Source: Mobula hypostoma (taxonomy: Eukaryota). Taken from it: a stretch of 64,000 bases of DNA. Position 1 is the first letter of the stretch. Each line of letters starts with the position of its first letter. The notes below the pieces were generated by a model. The model was not told where the DNA came from, ran no database searches, and saw only the letters and a list, made by a program, of their open reading frames with translations. The stretch spans positions 57,910,001-57,974,000 of the forward strand of contig NC_086097.1 of NCBI RefSeq assembly GCF_963921235.1, written 5' to 3'. The translations under genes were made by a program, and so were the position numbers. Below, piece after piece: positions 35,600 through 49,800 of the stretch.

Positions 35600-38100
35600 T
35601 TTCCTCATTCCTTCTAACAGAAACCCTTGAGGTCTTTTGATTGGTGCTGGAAATCTTGGCAGTCAGGGTTGGAATTTATGCATACATTCTGTCCGTCATT
35701 TATCAAGATGCATCTTGGCAGTCTACAGAGCTGTGTGTTTGACCCCCTTTGTTGGAGATGTCCTCTATCCACAGCTTTGTGAAGACCTACCAGATACATG
35801 CTTGGAAGGCATTGGGAGGAGACAGGTCAGTACCAAATGCCTAAATATTAACACTCAGGACCTGGATGCTGTTCCTCAACATGCTTGGAAAATATTAGTT
35901 AATGCTTTCTGCACCAGTCCTCCCTCAAACCCTTTTGAATGCCTTCCAACATCATGCATCCAATGTTCTTAATTAGTCTGCGTTATCAGTTGCTGAACTA
36001 TGAAGCTTGTATGCTCTTTATAGTCATGTCACCTAGAAGTTATGTAACACACATTACCCCCTTTCCTTGTCAGTAGTTGGTACTTAATCAACAGCAGTAG
36101 CAGTATATTACTGGGTATAAGTGCCTCTGCTGTACCCCATCCCTGTGAAAGAGACATTCCTATCCATGAGTAGAGCAGTTCTGATTAAAGTATGACCAAT
36201 GGAGGGCTGCAAATGTTGAAAGTGACAGTATTAAGATGATTTTAATCTTTCTCTCATTGGCCTTTCCTCCTCCACCTCATTGCATTAGCTCAGATGGTGC
36301 AAGTACGCACTGCTAACTGAACTCTTCCCTTTCTGCACATCCACCAATTCCGGTACGACAACTATAACCTGCAACTTTCTCCTTTGCAGTCAAGAACTGC
36401 AGCCTGGCCAGAGAGGGTGTGAAGAGAGTGAAGAAGAATACACATCATCACTTGATTTTACACTTTTCAACCAACAAGCCATGTACCGATAATTGACAAT
36501 GTACATGTTAGTGTAGAAGTGAGTCACCAGTTACAACCTGGCTACAACTGGGGTCAGAGGGGCATAGGGAAGAGTAGCCAGGTACACTCCCTCCAGCAGG
36601 TGATGTCACTTATGTTCTCCTTGAAAGAACTTAGAAAAGTCCTCTGGAGGGACAACCTATGGAAAGAGGCTGACAGATACGCTGGATGAAGAGCTTGGTG
36701 TATTAGCAAGACTTCCAAACAATCTCAGTGCAATGTCAAGGAATATGGAAGAGTTTCTACAAAGATAAATCTTTGCTCAAAGTTGCAAGCTCATCATACC
36801 TAACTGTATTATGCTCTTGTGGATCCAGTCATGATGTGGCATCTGGGGGCCGATGTCTTTGCATCCAGTTCAATACAAGTAAAATCTACCTAATATCTTC
36901 CTGCTGTGGCAGATTATAGACTTCATCCATTATGGTTCAAGATATTGTATGTTAAGAGAGATTTGGAGTCATAGCATTTTAGCAATACATTCTTCAACAA
37001 GTTATGAAACTTACTGAAGCCCCTCATGGGCCAGTAACTGTGGGTCTATCCTTTATCAGGACCTCATCATTGGTTATCTCACCACTGCTGAGTCTGTCCA
37101 GATGTCTGCTGGCTGTGGAGTCAAGAGTGTGCAATTCAAAATCTGGGACTTTCTTGCAAGGGCATGTGTTCTCTTCCACTGTAAACCAGCAGGTTTCTGC
37201 AAGCAGTGGGATTGCACTGCAGAGGAGCACAAGCAGTGGAATAGGCAGTGTAAAAGAACAGGAATGGTATACACAGAGGTGATTTGTTAATTTTATGGAT
37301 GTATTTAGCATGGATACTTGCCCTGGTTTGGTATAGTTCATGTTTTTTATTCCCCTTGTGGCCAGGCTTGTACTGTAGTCAGCAACAGATAGCAGGAAAG
37401 AAGGAATTATTTGTGTTTATTTCTGTTTACTTTTTTTCTTTCTCTTGCACATCAACTGTTGGTCTTTTTGATTTTTATTCTCTTTTTTCTTTAATTGGGT
37501 TCTTTTGGGTTTCTTGCTTTGTGACTACCTGTGAGCAAGCAAACCTCAAGCTTGTGTAATTTATCCATTCTTTGATAATAAATGTTCTTGAATCTTAAAG
37601 GCAAGCCCATCTACTGTTGGTGGTCTTCTTTTTCTGACTCTTCCTCACCTGTCATGGAATTTCTGGTTATTATTGAGGTGGTGCAGCCTTTGCCTATATT
37701 TCAAGAGTTCTCCAGGAGGTATTTCAGGACTTCACTGGAGAAGTCCAGGAAACAGAGGCTCTGGTTGACCACACCAATAATCTGTTCCGACTTTCTCTAT
37801 GCTACTATTGATTTCATTGAGGGGTTGCTGCTGAGTCGTGCATGAATTGCTCCTGGATCCGGATCAGGAGCCAGTTTTTCATGGGCTAAGCCTTGTTGTC
37901 CAGTTATCGGGCTTGTATGGAAAACCTATTACAAACAGCTGTATTGTTCTCAAAACTGATGTTATGTATACTCTCGGGAGCCTTGCCTTCAGAATGTTGA
38001 ATGCGGTGGTCTGCTGATATGTGCCAAAGATAATACTTTTGCTGTTCACTGCTGCATAGCAGAAGGGAAGGAAAGACCTGCCAACAGGTTGTGGGCACCT
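35600..38100 (-). mobile_element. Possible ancient, highly decayed RTE-like LINE
   Basis: Only faint resemblance of minus-strand peptides to RTE ORF2 regions; no clean motif. Confidence 0.25.
37400..37597 (+). repeat. Short Rex1-type 3' tail fragment
   Basis: aacctcaag..gtgta..ataataaatgttcttgaatctt resembles the tail at ~60700-60780. Confidence 0.45.
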
Positions 38101-38988
38101 CCATTTGTCTTGTTTTATAAATGAAACTATAATAGACATTCGCTTCCTTGGCCAGTAAGACTCTTGGTTATGTTTGCTAATCTTGTTTTCTAAACACAGC
38201 AGCTGCCACTTGTAACACATAACAGTTATAAGTAAACTTCCAACTAATATTGCTTTGTTTAGTTTCGGGTCATCAATCTTCAGTTGTTAAAATGGAAATG
38301 GAAAGCTGTAATCAGTTTGAAGTTAACACAAAGTATTATTTGCAGATGCTCTATCTGTGAAAAGTGTGATGGTAGCTCACTACACCTGATATATTACTGC
38401 TGGAGAAATGCAATGTAAGACTATTTGGCTTACTTCCAACAGACAAGCTGACTAAGTTGCTTAATTCAAGGAAGCTTGCAGACCAGCTGGATAATATCAC
38501 TTAGTACATCAATAAATGATGTGTTTATAGTTGGAAGATTTATGTACTCTAAAAGTTAGCTTTATAGAATAAGCTGGTAACTGTGCCTCCAAGATGCTTC
38601 GAAACTTTTTGTGTTAAAAGTGTATCTGAGGATATATCAAATATGTGCGAATTCATCCAAGTGGTAGAGAAACATTATAAATGTAGAAAGCAGTTCAGGC
38701 TTATTAGGAATGGGGTACGAAACATCAAGCAGCATGGAAGAAACACGGGGTGAACTAGAATCCATTCCTCTGGTTTGAATTTCTGCGACAGACAATTTAT
38801 TTGTTTGCAGTTTGTTGGTATGTCTTTTCAGTTGAGAGGAATTGTACCTGTGCTTTGGAAATCCTTTGTCCTTTGCGGTTTAGAAATGGTTTGTAATTTG
38901 CAAATGTTTAAAATAGTACTCCTCTGAGTTTTAAATATATTCTAAGAATGCTGTCTGGATCATCACTGAAAATAGATAAACTACTTTG

Positions 38989-39985
38989 TTAGACCATAAG
39001 ACCATAAGATACTGTATAGGAGCAGAAGTTGGCCATTTGGCCCATCAAGTCTGCTTTGCCATTCAATCATCGGCTGATCCAATTCTTCCAGTCATCCTTA
39101 CTCCCCTGCCTTCACCCCATACCATTTGATGCCCTGGCTAATCAAGAAATTATCTGTCTCTGTCTTAAATGCACCCAATGACTTGACCTCCACAGCTGCT
39201 TGTGGTAACAAATTCCACAGATATACCACCCTCTTACTAAAGTAATTTCTCTGCGTCTACATTCTAAATGGACGTCCTTCAATCCTGAAGTCATGCCTTC
39301 TTGTCCTAGAATCCCCTACCATGGGAAATAACTTTGCCATATCTAATGTGTTCAGGTTTTTTAACATTCAGAATGCTTCTATGAGATCCCCATCTAATTC
39401 TCCCGAACTCCAGGGAATACAGCCCGAGAGCTGCCAATAACCTCATACAGTAACCCTTTCATTTCTGGAATTATTCTTGTGAATCTTCTCTCAACCCTCT
39501 CCAATATCAGTAAATCCTTACTGAAATAAGAAGACCAAAACTGTAAACAGTGCTCCAAGAGTGGTCTCATGAGTGCCTTATAAAGACTCAACATCACATC
39601 CCTGCTCTTGTATTCAAAACCTCTAGAAATGAATGCCAACTTTGCATTCGCCTTCTTCACAACTGACTCAACCTGAAGGTTAACCATTAGGGTATCTTGC
39701 ACAAAGACTCCCAAGTCCCTTTGCATCCCTGCATTTTGAATTCTCTCCCCAGCTAAGTAATAGTCTTCCTGTTTATTTCTTCCACCAAAATGCATGACCA
39801 TATACTTTCCAACATTGTATTTCATTTGCCACTTCTTTGCTCATTCCCCTAAACTATCTGAGTCTCTCTGCAGGCTCTCTGTTTCCTCAAAACTACCTGC
39901 TCCTCCACCTATCTTTGTATCATCGGCAAATTTAACCACAAATCCATTAATACTGTAGTCCAATTCATTGATATACATCGTAAAA
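38989..39985 (-). mobile_element. CR1 LINE 3' fragment
   Basis: (ccataaga)n tail; KFADDTKIGG and MRPLLEHC. Confidence 0.9.
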
Positions 39986-42339
39986 AACTGGATGTATCTT
40001 CTCCTTGGTAGGGACCCACTGTTCAAATAGTAGGTATTGGCAGCTAAACTCATCATAGAAACATAGAAATATAGAAAATAGGTGCAGGAGTAGGCCATTC
40101 AGCCCTTCGAGCCTGCACCGCCATTCAGTATGTTCATGGCTGATCATCCAACTCAGAACCCTGTACCTGCCTTCTCTCCATACCCCCTGATCCCTTTAGC
40201 TACAAGGGCCATATCTAACTCCCTCTTAAATATAGCCAATGAACTGGCCTCAACTGTTTCCCGTGGCAGAGAATTCCACAGATTCACCACTCTGTGTGAA
40301 GAAGTTTTTCCTCATCTCGGTCCTAAAAGGCTTCCCCTTTATCCTTAAACTGTGACCCCTCGTTCTGGACTTCCCCAACATCGGGAATAATCTTTCTGCA
40401 TCTAGCCTGTCCAATACCTTTAGAATTTTATACGTTTCAATAAGATCCCCCCTCAATCTTCTAAATTCCAGCGAGTATAAGCCTAGTCGATCCAGTCTTT
40501 CATCATATGAAAGTCCTGCCATCCCAGGAATCAATCTAGTGAACCTTCTTTGTACTCCCTCTATGGCAAGAATGTCTTTCCACAGATTAGGGGACCAAAA
40601 CTGCACACAATACTCCAGGTGTGGTCTCACCAAGGCCTTGTACAACTGCAGTAGTACCTCCCTGCTCCTGTACTCGAATCCTCTTGCTATGAATGCCAGC
40701 ATATCATTTGCCTTTTTCACCGACTGCTGTACCTGCATGCCCACTTTCAATGACTGGTGTATAATGACACCCAGGTCTCATTGCACCTCCCCTTTTCCTA
40801 ATCGTCCACCATTCAGATAATAATCTGTTTTCCTGTTTTTCCCACCAAAGTGGATAACTTCACATTTATCCACATTAAATTGCATCTGCCATGAATTTGC
40901 CCACTCACTTAACCTATCCAAGTCTCCCTGCATCCTCTTAGCATCCTCCTCACAGCTAACACTGCCGCCCAGCTTCATGTCATCCGCAAACTTGGAGATG
41001 CTGCATTTAATTCCCTCATCCAAGTCATTAATATATATTGTAAACAACTGGGGTCCCAGCACTGAGCCTTGCGGTACCCCACTAGTCACTGCCTGCCATT
41101 CTGAAAAGGTCCCGTTTATTCCCACTCTTTGCTTGCTGTCTGCCAACCAATTCTCTATCCACATCAATACCATACCCTCAATACAGTGTGCTTTAAGTTT
41201 GCACACTAATCTCCTGGGTGGGGCCTTGTCAAAAGCCTTTTGAAAATCCAAATATACCACATCCACTGGTTCTCCCCTATCCACTCTACTAGTTACATCC
41301 TCAAAAAATTCTATGAGATTCATCAGACATGATTTTCCTTTCACAAATCCATGCTGACTTTGTCAGATGATTTCACCGCTTTCCAAATGTGCTGTTATCG
41401 CACCTTTGATAACTGACTCTGGCATTTTCCCCACCACCGATGTTAGGCTAACCGGTCTATAATTCCCCGGTTTCTCTCTCCCTCATTTTTTAAAAAGCAG
41501 GGTTACATTAGCCACCCTCCAATCCTCAGAAACTAGTCCAGAATCGGAAGAGTTTTGAAAAATTATCACTAATGTATCCACTATTTCTTGGGCTACTTCC
41601 TTAAGCACTCTGGGATGCAGACCATCTGGCCCTGGGGATTTATCTGCCTTTAATCCCTTCAATTTACCTAACACCACTTCCCTACTAACATGTATTTCCC
41701 TCAGTTCCTCCATCTCACTGGACCCTCTGTCCCCTACTATTTCTGGAAGATTATTTATGTCCTCCCTAGCGAAGACGGAACCAAAGTAGTTACTCAATTG
41801 GTTTGCCATGTCCTTGTTCCCCATAATCAATTCACCTGTTTCTGACTGTAAGGGACCTACATTTGTCTTAACCAGTCTTCTTCTTTTCACATATCTATAA
41901 AAGCTTTTGCAGTCAGTTTTTATGTTCCCTGCCAGCTTTCTCTCATAATCTTTTTTCCCTTTCCTAATTAAGCCCTTTGTCCTCCTCTGCTGCACTCTGA
42001 ATTTCTCCCAGTCCTCAGGTGTGCTGCTTTTTCTGGCTAATTTGTATGTTTTTTCTTTGGAATTGATATTATCCCTAATTTCCTTTGTCAGCCATGGGTG
42101 CACTACTTTCCCTGGTTTATTCTTTTGCCAAACTGGGATGAACAATTGTTGTAGTTCATCCATGCAATCTTTAAATCCTTGCCATTGCATATCCACCGTC
42201 AACCCTTTAAGTATCATTTTCTAGTCTACCTTAGCTAACTCACATCTCATACCTTCAAAGTTACCCATCTTTAAGTTCAGAACCTTTGTTTCTGGATTAA
42301 CTATGTCACTCTCTATCTTAATGAAGAATTCCACCATAT

Positions 42340-42817
42340 GTACTAAAGACTGGATGAACTGGGCTTGTACTAAAGACTGGATGAACTGGGCTTGTACTCG
42401 TTGGAATTTAGAAGATTGAGGGGGGATCTGATTGAAACGTATAAGATCCTGAAGGGATTAGACAGGCTAGATGCAGGAAGATTTTTCCCGATGTTGGGGA
42501 AGTCCAGAATGAGGGGTCACAGTTTGAGGATAGAAGGGAAGCCTTTTAGGACCAAGATTAGGAAAAACTTCTTCACACAGAGAGTGGTGAATCTGTGGAA
42601 TTCTCTGCCACAGCAAACTGTTGAGGCCAGTTCATTGGCTATGTTTAAGAGGGAGTTAGATATGGCCCTTGTGGCTACGGGGGTCAGGGGGTACGGAGGG
42701 AAGGCTGGGGCGGGGTTCTGAGTTGGATGATCAGCCATGATCATAATAAATGGCAGTGCAGGCTCGAAGGGCCGAATGGCCTACTCCTGCACCTATTTTC
42801 TATGTTTCTATGTTTCT
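42340..42817 (+). mobile_element. Short CR1 3' insertion (copy 4, element A type)
   Basis: Nearly identical to 18449-18895; TSD ATAT; 27-bp duplication at the 5' junction. Confidence 0.95.
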
Positions 42818-43285
42818 ATATTATGGTCACTCTTACTGAAGGGGCCTCTCATGACAAGATTGCTAATTAACCCTTCCCCATTGCTCAATACTTAGTCTAG
42901 AATGGCCTGCTCTCTAGTTGGTTCCTCGACATGTTGGTTCAGAAAACGATCCCGCATACATACCAAGAAATCCTCTTCCTCAGCACCCTTACCAATTTGG
43001 TTCACCCAGTCTATATGTAGATTGAAGTCACTCATTATAACTGCTGTTCCTTTATTGCACGCATTTCTAATTTCCTGTTTAATGCTATCCCCAACCTCAC
43101 TACTACTGTTAGGTGGCATGTACACAACTCCCACCAGCGTCTTCTGCCCCTTAGTGTTATGCAGTTCTACCCATATCGATTCCACATCCTCCCAGCTAAT
43201 GTCCTTCCTTTCTATTGAATTAATCTCCTCTCTAACCAGCAATGCCAGCCCACCTCCTTTTCTTTCATGTCTATTCCTCCTTGAA

Positions 43286-43840
43286 TGTGGACAATTCTGA
43301 TTTGATGGAGGCAGACGTGAAAGCACAGAGGAACATCTGCCGGAATTTCTGAAGTGCCAGTTTGTTGCTGCTGTTACTGCACGATCAAGAATCTTCCGGA
43401 GGGAAGGTCCCAAAATCCCCGGTTTTGCCTGCTGCTGGTGACCGAGGCTGAGGTCGAAGCGCTTGGATAGAGATGGTGCTCGGTACTCGGTGTCGGAGGC
43501 TTGAAGTTTTCAGACGACTCAGTGTCAGACTGTGGTCGGGCACAGCAGGGAGAGTGTCCTTCCTTCTCTTGTCTGTGTGAGATGTGGGACATTCGAGAGA
43601 CTTTGAACTTTTTTACTGTGCCATGGCCTGTTCTTCACCAAGTTATGGTATTGTTGTACTGTTGTAACTATATGTTATAATTATGGTGGTTTTTGTTAGT
43701 TTTTCAGTCTTGGTCTGTCCTGTGTTTCTGTGATATCACACCGGAGGAATATTGTATCATTTCTTAATGCATGCATTACTAAATGACAATAAAAGAGGAC
43801 TGCATGTCCTCGTAAACTAATCTAATCTAATCTAATCTAA
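43286..43840 (+). mobile_element. Non-coding retroposon, copy 3 (5'-truncated)
   Basis: Colinear with 29700-30308; hairpin and (taatc)4 tail. Confidence 0.82.
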
Positions 43841-46838
43841 CGTTGAGCTCCCATCCTTGGTCACCCTGGAACCATGTCTCTGTGATCCCAACTATATCAT
43901 ATTCATTAATAACTATCTGTACTTTCAATTCATCCACCTTGTTACAAATACTCCTTGCATTGACACACAAAGCCTTCAGGCTTGCTTTTACAACACTCTT
44001 ATCCCTTATACAATTATGTTGAAAAGTGGCCCTTTTTGATTTTTGCCCTGGATTTGCCTGCCTGCCACTTTTACTTTTCACCTTACTACTTTTTGCTTCT
44101 GCCCTCATTTTACATCCCTCTGTCTCTCTGCACTTGTTCCCATCCCCCTGTCACATTAGTTTAAATCCTGCTGAACAACAATAGCAAATGCTTCCCCTAG
44201 GACATTGGTTCCAGTCCAGCCCAGGTGCAGACTGTCCTGTTTGTAACGGTCCCATCTCCTCCAAAACTGTTTCCAATGTCCCAGAAGTTTGAATCCCTCC
44301 CTCTTGCACCATTTTTCAAGCCACGTATTCATCTGATATATCATAAGATCATAAGACCATAAGACAAAGGAGCAGAAGTCGGCCATTCGGCCCATCAAGT
44401 CTGCTCCGACATTTTATCATGAGCTGATCCATTCTCCCATTTAGTCCCACTCCCCCGCCTCCTCACCATAACCTTTGATGCCCTGGCTACTCAGATACCT
44501 ATCAATCTCTGCCTTAAATACACCCAGTGACTTGGCCTCCACTGCCGCCCGTGGCAACAAATTCCATAGATTCATCACCCTCTGGCTAAAAAAGTTTCTT
44601 CACATTTCTGTTCTGAATGAGCAGCCTTCAATTCTTAAGTCATGCCCTCTCATACTAGACTCCACCATCATGGGAAACAACTTTGCCACATCCACTCTGT
44701 CCATACCTTTCAAAATTCGAAATGTTTTTTCTAAACTCCAAGGAATACAGTCCAAGAGCAGACAAACGTTCCTCATATGTTAACCCTCTCATTCCCGGAA
44801 TCATTCTAGTGAATCATCTCTGTACCCTCTCCAACGTCAGCCCATTCTTTCTTAAATAAGGAGACCAAAACTGCCCACAGTACTCCAAGTGAGGTCTCAC
44901 CAGCACCTTATAGAGCCTCAGCATCCCATCCCTGCTCCTATACTCTATTCCTCTAGAAATGAATGCCAACATTCGCCTTCTTCACCACTGACTCAACCTG
45001 GAGGTTAACCTTAAGGGTATCCTGTATGAGGACTCCCAAGTCCCGTTGCATCTCAGAACTTTGAATTCTCTCCCAATTTAAATAATAGTCTGCCCGTTTA
45101 TTTCTTCTGCCAAAGTGCATAACCATACATGTTCCAACATTGTATTTCATTTGCCACTTCTCTACCCATTCTTCCAATCTATCCCTCTGCAGATTCTCTG
45201 TTTCCTCAGCACTACTGGCCCCTCCACCTATCTTCGTATCGTCAGCAAACTTAGCCACAAAGCCATCTATTCCATAATACAAATCATTAATGTACAATGT
45301 AAAAAGAAGCTGCCCCAACACGGACCCCTGTGGAAAACCACTAGTAACCGACAACCAACCAGAATAGGATCCCTTTATTCTCACTCTCTGTTTCCTGCCA
45401 ATCAGCCAATGCTCTATCCACATATGTAACTTTCCCGTAATTCCATGGGCTCTTATCTTGTTAAGTAGCCTCATGTGTGGCACCTTGTCAAAGGCCTTCT
45501 GAAAATCCAAATATACAACATCCACTACATCTCCCTTGTCTAGCCTACTTGTAATTTCCTCAAAAAACTGTAATAGGTTTGTCAGGCAGGATTTTCCTTT
45601 GAGGAATCCATGCTGAGTTCTGCCTATCTTGTCATTTGCCTCCAGGTACTCTGTAACCTCATCCTTGACAATCGACTCCAACAACTTCCCAACCACCGAC
45701 GTCAAGCTAACAAGTCTATAATTTCCTCTTTGCTTCCTTGCCCCCTTCTTAAATAGCGGAGTGATATTTGCAATCTTCCAGTCCTCCAGAACCATGCCAG
45801 AATCTATCGACTTTTGAAAGATCATCGCTAATGCCTCCACAATCTCCACAGCTACTTCCTTCAGAACACGAGGGTGCATTCCATCTGGTCCGGGACATTT
45901 ACCTACCTTTAGACTATTCAGCTTCCTGAGTACTTTCTCTGTCGTAATTGTGACTGCGCACACTTCTCTTCCCTGCCACCCTTGAGTGTCCGGTATACTG
46001 CTGATGTCTTCCTCAGTGAACACTGATGCAAAATACTCGTTCAGTTCCTCCGCCATCTCCTTATCTCCCATTACAATTTCTCCAGCATCATTTTCTATCG
46101 GTCCCATATCTACTCTCACCTGTCTTTTACTCTTTATATACTTGAAAAAGCTTTTAGTATCCTCTTTGATATCATTTGCTAGCTTCCTTTCAAAGTTAAT
46201 CTTTTCTCTCTTAATGACCTTCTTAGTTTCCTTTTGTAAGCTTTTAAAAACTTCCCAATCTTCTGTCTTCCCACTAATTTTTGCTTCCTTGTATGCCCTC
46301 TCCTTAGCTTTAACTTTGGCTTTGACTTCTCTTATCAGCCACGGTTGCATCCTTTTTCCATTCGAAAATTTCTTCTTTTTTGGAATATACCTGTCTTGCA
46401 CCTTCCTCACTTCTCGCATAAACTCCAGATACTGCTGCATTGCCGTCCTTCCCGCTAGTGTCCCTTTCCAGTCAACTTTGGCCAGTTCCTCTCTCATGCA
46501 ACTATAATTTCCTTTACTCCACCTCGAGCACATCACATTTCAGCTTCTCTTTTTCAAATTTCACAGTGAACTCAATGATGTTATGATCACAGTCCCCTAC
46601 AGGTTCCTTCACCTCAATCTCTCTAATCACCTCCAGTTCATTACACAATACCCAATCCAGTACAGCCGATCCCCTAGTGGGCTCAACAACAAGCTGTTCT
46701 AAAAAGCCATCTTGCAGACATTCTACAAATTCTCTCTCTTGAGCTCCAGTGCTGACCTGATTTTCCCAATCCACTCGCATGTTAAAATCCCGCACAATTA
46801 TCATAACACTGCCCTTCTGACAAGCCTTTTCTATTTCC

Positions 46839-49800
46839 GAAGGTGAGCAGACAGGTAGTGCAGAGGTTTTCAGTGGATTTCAGTGCTTTAAAAGGGACAG
46901 AGAGCGCATAAAAAGGGGAGGAGGGGTGGTATTACTGGTCAGGGATACTATTACAGCTACAGAAAGGGTGGCTAATGCAGCAGGATCCTCTTTTGAGTCA
47001 ATATGGGTGGAAGTCAGGAACAGGAAGGGAGCAGTTACTCTACTGGGGGTATTCTATAGGCCCCCTGGTAGCAGCGGAGATACAGAGGAGCAGATTGGGA
47101 GGCAGATTTTGAAAAGGTGCAAAAATAACAGGGTTGTTATCATGGGTGACTTTAACTTCCCTAATATTGATTGGCACCTGATTAGTTCCAAGTGTTTAGA
47201 TGGGGCAGAGTTTGTTAAGTGTGTCCAGGATGGATTCCTGTCACAGTATGTGGACAGGCCAACCAGGGGGAATGCCATACTAGATCTAGTACTAGGTAAT
47301 GAACCGGGTCAGGTCACAGGTCTCTCGGTGGGTGAGCATGTGGGGACAGTGACCACCGCTCCCTGGCCTTTAGCATTATCATGGAAAAGGATAGAATCAG
47401 AGAGGACAGGAAAATTTTTAATTGGGGATAGGCAAGTTATGAGGCTATAAGGCTAGAACTTGCGGGTGTGAATTGAGATGATGTTTTTGCAGGGAAATGT
47501 AGTATGGACATGTGGTCGATGTTTAGTGATCTCTTGCAGGATGTTAGGGATAAATTTGTCCCGGTGAGGAAGATTAAGAATGGTAGGGTGAAGGAACCAT
47601 GGGTGACAAATGAGGTGGAAAATCTAATCAGGTGGAAGAAGGCAGCATACATGAGGTTTAGGAAGCAAGGATCAGATGGGTCTATTGAGGAATATAGGGA
47701 AGCAAGAAAGGAGCTTAAGAAGGGGCTGAGAAGAGCAAGAAGGGGGCATGAGAAGGCCTTGGCGAGGAGGGTAAAGGAAAACCCCAAGGCATTCTTCAAT
47801 TATGTGAAGAACAAAAGGATGACAGGAGTGAAGGTAGGACCGATTAGAGATAAAGGTGGGAAGATGTGACTGGAGGCTGTGGAAGTGAGCGAGGTCCTCA
47901 ATGAATACTTCTCTTCGGTATTCACCAATGAGAGGGAACTTGATGATGGTGAGGACAATATGAGTGAGGTTGATGTTCTGGAGCATGTTGATATTAAGGG
48001 AGAGGAGGTGTTGGAGTTGTTAAAATACATTAGGACAGATAAGTTCCCGGGGCCTACGGAATATTCCCCAGGCTGCTCCACGAGGCGAGAGAAGAGATTG
48101 CTGAGCCTCTGGCTAGGATCTTTATGTCCTCGTTGTCCACGGGAGTGGTACCGGAGGATTGGAGGGAGGCGAATGTTGTACCCTTGTTCAAAAAAGGTAG
48201 TAGGGATAGTCCGGGTAATTATAGACCAGTGAGCCTTACGTCTGTGGTGGGAAAGCTGTTGGAAAAGATTCTTAGAGGTAGGATCTGTGGGCATTTAGAG
48301 AATCATTGTCTGATTAGGGACAGTCAGCATGGCTTTGTGAAGGGCAGATTGTGTCTAACAAGCCTGATAGAGTTCTTTGAGAAGGTGACCAGGCATATAG
48401 ATGAGGGTAGTGCAGTGGATGTGATCTATATGGATTTTAGTAAGGCGTTTGACAAAGTTCCACACGGTAGGCTTATTCAAAAAGTTAGAAGGCATGGGAT
48501 CCAGGGAAGTTTGGCCAGGTGGATTCAGAACTGGCTTGCCTGCAGAAGGCAGAGGGTGGTGGTGGAGGGAGTACATTCAGATTGGAGGATTATGGCTAGT
48601 GGTGTCACACAAGGATTTGTTCTGGGACCTCTACTTTTTGTGATCTCTATTAACGACCTGGATGTGGGGGTAGAAGGGTGGGTTGGCAAGTTTGCAGATG
48701 ACACAAAGGTTGGTGGTGTTGTAGATCAGGGGTCCCCAACCTTTCTCGCACTGCGGACCCGTTTCATATTGACAATATTCTTGCAGACCGGCCGACCAGC
48801 GGGGTGGGGTGTGTTGCCAACGGACAAGAGTAGCAGTCAAATACGCTGGGTTTACCCCGAGAAAGACTACAATGACCATGAAGCCTTGCGCGGGCACCAG
48901 TGCGCATGCGTAACTTGCACATGTGTGTACGATTTTTTTTCACAACTCGTTTTTGGCGATTCTTTTCGGCGGGGGGGGGGTGTTCATCACGACCGGAATA
49001 CAGATGATAATTAGCTAATACACTCAATTTCATTTCTAAAAGGGTTTATCTAACAAATTTAATGTTAAACACACAGCGCATATTTTCCTCGCATGAATAT
49101 AGTGATAAGTCAATTAACAGGGGAGGACGGGGAGCTTGAAGTAAATATTGAACGAAGTTCCAGTAGAAGTGGTAGAGGCAGGTTCGATATTATCATTTAA
49201 AGAAAAATTGGATAGGTATATGGACAGGAAAGCAATGGAGGGTTATGGGCTGAGTGCAGGTCGGTGGGACTAGGTGAGAGTAGCGTTCAGCACGGACTAG
49301 AAGGGCAGAGATGGCCTATTTCCATGCTTTAATTGTTATATAGTTATATAAGTCAATAGCATCATAACATTTTAAGCATCGTTTGGATATTAAACACGCA
49401 GCACTTATTTTTCCCATATGAACATATAAAGTCATTGCAACACATCAATATCGCTGAACCAGTGGGAGCCCTGGGATTGTTTTCCTGCAACAAAACGGTC
49501 CTATCGAAGGGTGACGAGAGACAGCGATACTCGAAGGGGGTTCCTTTTGTCCAGTCTATTCCGCAGTTTAGTTTTCGTTGCATTCATTGCAGAGATATGT
49601 TGGAAATGGAAGCAACATTTTCAGTGCTTCCGTGGCTATCTCAGGATATTCAGCCTTGACTTTGATCTGGAATGCCGGCAGAGACGTTATGTCAAACATA
49701 CTTTTCAGCCCGTCGTCATTTGCAAGCTCGAGGAGCTGATCTTCTTTCCGTGCTGACACGGATGACGCGCGAGTAATGACCTCGCATGCGTAATGGCTCA

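Noticed and set aside
37004..37559. ORFs of 90-105 aa in unique-looking DNA
   Set aside because: No recognisable motif or splice structure; lengths compatible with chance.
48124..49014. RT ORF with a novel C-terminal extension
   Set aside because: Read-through from CR1 into the inserted hAT element.
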